DNA from: Macrostomum lignano
Taxonomy: Eukaryota
Reading direction: 5' to 3'
DNA: 64,000 nt
Assembly: GCA_002269645.1 (NCBI GenBank)
Contig: NIVC01000059.1
Location: 124,001-188,000 of the forward strand
In this document: positions 58,113 through 64,000 of the stretch, one piece after another
Position numbering within the stretch: the stretch's first letter is position 1
Layout of the letters: each line of letters begins with the position of its first letter
Notes under the pieces: model-generated
What the model was told of the DNA's origin: nothing
The model's input: only the letters and a program-made list of their open reading frames with translations
Databases searched by the model: none
Translations under genes and position numbers: made by a program

Positions 58113-61100
58113 TCAGAACTCCTCCGTGAACTCCACTGTGCCGCCGCCGTCGCCAGGCGTCGCAGACTTCAACCGGCCAGCCTTGGCGTCGCTGATGGCG
58201 CCCCAGAAGTCGAACACTAAGCCGTCTGGGAAGGCGAATTCGCCGAGATCCCGATCGACGGCCAAGGCGAAGTCGTGCGGATTGTCGATCTCCTGGCCGA
58301 GCTCCCAGATGTTCTGCGCCAGTTCGGCGTCCGAGATGCCTAGCAGGCCTTCGATCAGGCGGTTGACGGCCTGGATGGCCACGTCAGCCGCCTGGTCCGG
58401 CGCGTCCTCCTCGACCGCGGCGCCCTGGAAACACGGTTAGATACGAGTTTGGAGAGGAAATCCACGGAAAGAGATTTGCATCGCCTAAGCAACGAAAATA
58501 AACACCTTAGTAACCAAATTAAATACCCAAGCAACGTAAAGACATAGCCTTAGCAACGAAAATATATACCCTGGCAACGGAAATAAAAACCCTAGCAACG
58601 AAAATAAACACCCTAGCAACAAAAGCAAATACCCTAGCAACGGAGAGATACCATAGCAACGGAAAGACATAGCCTTAGCAACGAAAATATATACCCTGGC
58701 AACGGAAATAAAAACCCTAGCAACGCAAATAAATACCCTAGCAACAAAAGCAAATACCCTAGCAACGGAGAGATCCCATAGCAACGGAAAGAAGTAACGT
58801 ACCTTAGCAAAGAAAATACATCCCCTGACAAGGGAAATAAAAACCCTAGCAACGGAAAGAAATACCCTAGCAATGAAAATAAATACCCTAGGAACAAAAT
58901 TAAACACCCTAGCAACGGAAAGAAGTACAATAGCAACGGAAGTCGAATAGTCTAACAACGGAAACAAAACTTCCTTAACAACAGAAGGACATCTTAGCAC
59001 TTTTTAAAAGCATCGGGAGAAAACGTTTGCCTAGCAACAGAAAACTTCAAGATAATTATAGATAGAATAAAGAAACAAGCAAAGCTACTCGCTCACCTTT
59101 GCCTTCAACCGGATGGTCTTCTTGCCGCTGCCAAGGCCACCGCCAGCGCCGGCCGCGTGTCCTCTGGAGCCGCCTCTGGGCTGCAAATTGGCGTAGGGCG
59201 ACTTCTCCGGGCTGATGAGGCGCAGAACAAATGTAGCGCCGTAGGGAATCTCTTTAAGTCGTTTGGCAACGTCGAAATGGCGCTTTCCTGCGGATTTTGC
59301 GGCGAACTGGACGTTATTGAGTCAGTCACCCAGGTCACTCAACTCAGTCACCCAGTCACTCAGGTCAGTCATTTAAGTTACTCAGCTTAAATGAGCTACT
59401 CAAGTTACTCTGACTCTGACTCAGTCAGTTAGTCAGTCAGTCAGTCAGTCAGTCAGGCAGTCAGTCAGTCAGTCAGTCAGTCAGTCAGTCAGGCAGTCAG
59501 TCAGTCAGTCAGTTAGTCAGTCAGTCAGTCAGTCAGGCAGTCAGTCAGGCAGTCAGTCAGTCAGTCAGTCAGTCAGTCAGTCAGTCAGTCAGTTAGTCAG
59601 TCAGTCAGTCAGTGAGGCAGTCAGTCAGTCAGTCAGTTAGTCAGTTAGTCAGTCAGTCAGTCAGTCAGTCAGTCAGTCAGTCAGTCAGTTAGTCAGTCAG
59701 TCAGTCAGGCAGTCAGTCAGTCAGGCAGTCAGTCAGTCAGGCAGTCAGTCAGGCAGTCAGTCAGTCAGTCAGTCAGGCAGTCAGTCAGTCAGTCAGGCAG
59801 TCAGTCAGTCAGTCAGTCAGTCAGTCAGTCAGGCAGTCAGTCAGTCAGTCAGTTAGTCAGTCAGTCAGTCAGTCAGGCAGTCAGTCAGGCAGTCAGTCAG
59901 TCAGTCAGTCAGTCAGTCAGTCAGTCAGTCAGTGAGGCAGTCAGTCACTCAGTCAGTTAGTCAGTCAGTCAGTCAGTCAGTTAGTCAGTCAGTCAGTCAG
60001 TCAGTCAGTCAGTCAGGCAGTCAGTCAGTCAGTCAGTCAGTCAGTCAGTCAGTTAGTCAGCTCACCAACAAAGCTCTCGCCGTCGATTTTTTCAATGTGA
60101 TCGCCGGGCAGAATGTGCTCAACTTGGTCAGCAACAGAGTCCGGTTTAATTCGTTTGATAAAAGCAAAGCCGGCGCCATTGTCAGTGATGGTCAGGCCGA
60201 GAGCGTCCTCAGACTTGATGACCTCCACCTCTTTTTTCTGGCCTTTCACGTGAGCAAAGAGAAAATCATCGAGGCCAATCTGACCGCCCAGCAGACGGTC
60301 CATATCGATCTTGTGCGTATTCAGCGTGCAGAAAATTATCTGGCATTGGGTTTAAAAAGAGAAATTTCTTTGATTTTCAGATATATAAGTATACTTGATA
60401 TATATACAAATATATCAAGACTGTCTTTTGCATGTCATGAGCCTCTAATCTTGGTAACCTATAGATATAAAGTTGTTTTGTCTGCTACCCCTTTTATCTG
60501 CCCAAAAACAAAATAGCCTTTAAAAATTAAATTAAAATTAATTAAGTACAGTCATAATAAGATATTTTTATACTTACGAGTGCTATCCAAAAATAGTGTT
60601 ACTTTTAGCTATATCTCTAATTCTGATGATCTAAATCACATCATTTCTCACAATTTTAAAGTGGCAACTCTTCTCTAATTATAAATTATAAATATATTTA
60701 TAGTACTATGACTAGATTTATATTTAAGATACTTTTATAATTTCTAATATAAAGAAGAGAGTTGCCATTTAAATTGTATGAATTATATTATTTGGATCAT
60801 TAGAATGAGATTATATAATAAAAAGTAACACTACTTTTGGGACAGCTCTAATATACTCTAGTAGACCTAATACAAAGTGACAGATTCAATGTTAAAACAA
60901 ATGAGTTTATGCTTAAAATATCTAAAAACAAACCTTTGAGGTCCCAATCAAAAAGATAAAACAAAAAGAAATAGAAGCGTGATGTTCTGGGGGAAAAGTT
61001 CTGGGGAAGATTATTTAACTTATTAGTTTCATAGCTATCACTAATTTGTTGCAGGGGGTTCTGGGTAGTGTTCCACTATAAGGAGGGTCCATGTATTGTA

Positions 61101-63371
61101 GCCATAGCTATAAGCAAAACCACGGGTTATTCCAATTTCTCTGTATTCCATAGCCATAGGGACCCCAATATTACCATATTCCTGTAGTTCCTGTAGCCAT
61201 AGCCGTAGTTTTAACAAAGTCTAAAAAACAAAATATTTTGACTCAAGAAGATAACCTGGTGCTTAAACAACTACAAATTAATTTAGAAAATAAAAGAAAC
61301 ACTCAATTGCCTTGGTAAGATTATATTTTGTCTTTTTACAGAGCAACAATACTGAATCGCTACTGAAAGTACTAATGCAGAATTTTTCACATTAATAAAA
61401 ATTAGAGTTTGCTAGTGTCATATTGTATTTTATTAGGTATATTTTATGAGTTTCTAAGTTGATAACACAGTTTACTAAAGTATCTTTGTTTTACTCTACC
61501 TGTTTCTAATATTTTTTTCAATTTTTTATATTAATAAATATAGCTATAGGAATCTACAGAATGTGACCACACTTATTATATTTTCGTAGTCATAGCCATA
61601 AGAGCAGCTAGCTACCGTAGGTGTATTTGTAGCTGCCATAGACACCTATTTTACCATATTTGCCGTAGGATGCTATAGCCATAGCTACGGCTATAGCAGA
61701 ACACTAGTTCTGGGAATTTCTTGGGATTTAGGGAGAAATGTTCAAATTCTACTACTAGAAAAAGTAAGCCTGAGGAAACTCCTGGCGGCATAGTGTCTGA
61801 GTGGCAAGACACAGTCTAATCAGTCTAGGGAAGGAGAAGGGAGAGGGGGAGAAGAAGGGCTACACAATGGATTAGAGAATTGTATTTTCTATATACATTA
61901 AAAACAAAGAGGTAAGTTCTACTGATAGATTTATACTAATAATGATAAGACAGCATGTTTAAGGCATAATTTCTATAATGTAAAGAGAAAGCAAAAATTT
62001 TGATAGGCAAGGATAGCTAATGTCATGCAAAATGAACTCAATGTATACACAAAAAGAAAATGGTTATTTGATGAAGCAAAATGATAAAAGCTATAACAAA
62101 AATATGTGACTATGAGAAAAGCTTAATTTCAAAGGTTATGAATTCATAATCTATAAATTAAATAAAAGCAATGAATCACTAAATATTTTAATAAATATAA
62201 AAGCTTTTATACTATAGTTTGGATAAGTACACTGTACAGCATGGAACATTGGAAAAAGGCTTTTTTTAATAAAAATTAGTAAAAAATTAATAAAACAATA
62301 AAGGACCTTTTTGCAATTGTGACAATAAAAAACTATATTTGCAGCTATGCAATTTGAAATGAAATGCTATCAACTAAAAACTTTCTTATAAAAATTTGGA
62401 AAAAGCAAAATTTGTGACAATTGTACATAAAAATAAAGTTTCTTTTATAGTGCATGTACATTAAAAGAATAAAAATTATTGTAAAATGTAATTTTGTATT
62501 TATCAAAGTTTTGAAGTTTTGATGAGTTTAAGTTTGTGTGCCAAAAATTTACTTGAGTTGAAATTGGTATACCAAAGTGGTTTATGCAAAAACAGTTAAA
62601 CTATTCATTGGTATGCCAGAAATTTCCAGTGTACCAGTAACAGTGACTAACCTTCAAAAGTGTGGCTTCTATATTATCACTTTTTATTTAAAGCTGATAT
62701 TATCAAAACTAAAAGCATACAAAAATTATAAAAAGAAAATTTAAACTAAGTTTCAAAAAACCTAGGCCTATTTTCTTAAAGGTTTTTAAAAATAACATTT
62801 GCAACTTTTTTATTTTTTGTTACTAATTATACTTTTATTAATTAATACATATATTTATAAATTGATATAAATAAATTAAATACTTATAATATTAATTATA
62901 TTTAATTCCCTGTCTAGGGTAAAAAAGCACAAAATAAAATTAGAGAAGAGCAAAGAAAGCAAGTGAAAGCTTTTGTTTTTATCCTAAACAAAAAACTACT
63001 GTTTTAAATCGAAATATTAAGTAAAAAAATTATTTTCATCCATAATTCATGGAAGCAATTTAAATATATTAGAAGAAAATTTTTATCAGAATTACCTCAG
63101 AAGGTTCGATGTTATAACACTCTGCAATCTTTGCATAAAGTTCTTTGACGTTTGTAAAGCCACTAATTATTCCTGTGGGGCTTCCATGAGCCAGTTGACA
63201 ATGAAAATTATATTGTGGCCTTTGCGACTCTGGGCTTTCATCTGCACTTCCTGGTACTGCACCAGCTTGTTTGTGGCTTGCATTTGAAGTTTGTGTTGCA
63301 TCGCGGGAAGGCTGAGCGTGCGTAGGGCTTTCTTTATTGCCATCTTTCTTTTTCTTACCGAAAAGAGGCAT
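58113..63371 (-). CDS. GIPC: GIPC PDZ-domain adaptor (GH1-PDZ-GH2), 4 exons, about 350 aa
   Basis: Exons 63371-63096, 60339-60066, 59287-59097 and 58424-58113 have GT-AG junctions, phases 0,1,0. Motifs [74 protein letters not shown] and [22 protein letters not shown] are GIPC-family hallmarks. Confidence 0.96.
58490..59040. repeat. Degenerate about 21-bp minisatellite in GIPC intron 3
   Basis: Repeated CCCTAGCAAC(G/A)(G/A)AAA core. Confidence 0.85.
59410..60060. repeat. (AGTC)n tetranucleotide array in GIPC intron 2
   Basis: About 650 bp of AGTC with AGGC and AGTT variants, with a degenerate lead-in from about 59320. Confidence 0.97.
61066..61706 (-). mobile_element. hAT-type MITE, copy 2 (GIPC intron 1)
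   Basis: TIRs TAGTGTTCCACTATA / TATAGCAGAACACTA; perfect 8-bp TSD GTTCTGGG on both sides; homologous to 21784-22411. Confidence 0.9.
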
Positions 63372-64000
63372 TTTGATTCTATACGCAGAAAAATTCGTAG
63401 AATATGCTTACCTGCTTCTTCAATAGTAAAAACAACCCAGAGAAAACAAGTTAAACTTCAGTCAATCGGCGTGCGTAAAAGGCGTGGTCACTGGCGTATT
63501 TGTAGCTATTTTGTAAACTTAGCGGTTTTTCATTCAACTTTCTATTCTTGATTGTACTTTTTAAAATATATTTAAAAAATAATAAATAGCATTGTATTTA
63601 AAATTTGTTATACATATTTCCGTATTTACCGGATATTGTACACCGGATACCAAATCTGTATGCATAGCAAACAGGGGGTATTTAGTTCGCATATAAGATG
63701 TACCGGTATATATATTATATAATATTTATATATCTCAAAAATTAATAAAATTAAAGTTTATCAATTGGTAAATAAGATTTCGGACAGTTTACGAAGCTCA
63801 AGGACCTTTGAAGTATAGTTTACATGTATATACATATACATCTCTCGACTCTCAATATACTTAAAATCTAGCGAGATGTTTGTCTGTTTGCATTGTTTGT
63901 TGCGTATCTCCTGCCAGACTTCTAGCTATAAAAATTAAAACTCTGTGTGTCTGTCATTGAGGAAAGAATCCATATAGAAATGGAGTGGTAATCTGAGCCA

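Noticed and set aside
49921-58113. GIPC-PAXBP1 as a trans-spliced operon
   Set aside because: Same strand, but separated by 5-8 kb of repeats; there is no sequence evidence for a polycistron.
34445-63371. GPCR + GIPC + CHMP4 as a co-functional receptor-trafficking cluster
   Set aside because: The receptor C-terminus (ETIDD) is not a PDZ-binding motif, unrelated genes are interspersed, and three neighbours are not evidence of a system.

Overview
This is eukaryotic (metazoan invertebrate) genomic DNA with spliceosomal GT-AG introns. I see no prokaryotic operons or CRISPR arrays. GC-rich exons and extreme minisatellite density are reminiscent of free-living flatworms such as Macrostomum, but that assignment is inference only. 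I could assemble four spliced genes by hand: a PRXL2C/AAED1-like redoxin (4596-6831 +), CHMP4/Snf7 (21255-29802 +), PAXBP1/GCFC2-like (44218-49909 -, 5' end unresolved) and GIPC (58113-63371 -). There is also an intronless peptide-type class A GPCR (34445-35563 +) and a disrupted fibrinogen-domain gene. The rest is repeats: hAT MITEs with 8-bp TSDs, a 9-bp-TSD MITE, Merlin and mariner transposase relics, Penelope-like RT/GIY-YIG and RTE-like fragments, LTR-like segments, tRNA-SINEs and over 20 unrelated tandem arrays. Two patterns stand out. (1) Sharply bounded multi-kb domains almost devoid of CpG (also showing CAG/CTG decay) lie just 3' of first exons of housekeeping genes, and paired repeat copies inside versus outside the domains show the direction of decay. 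(2) Almost every intron of PAXBP1 and GIPC is filled by its own private tandem repeat, and several MITEs carry minisatellite cargo. I found no clear evidence of a new multi-gene system. Most ORFs in the supplied track are artefacts of repeats or antisense frames.
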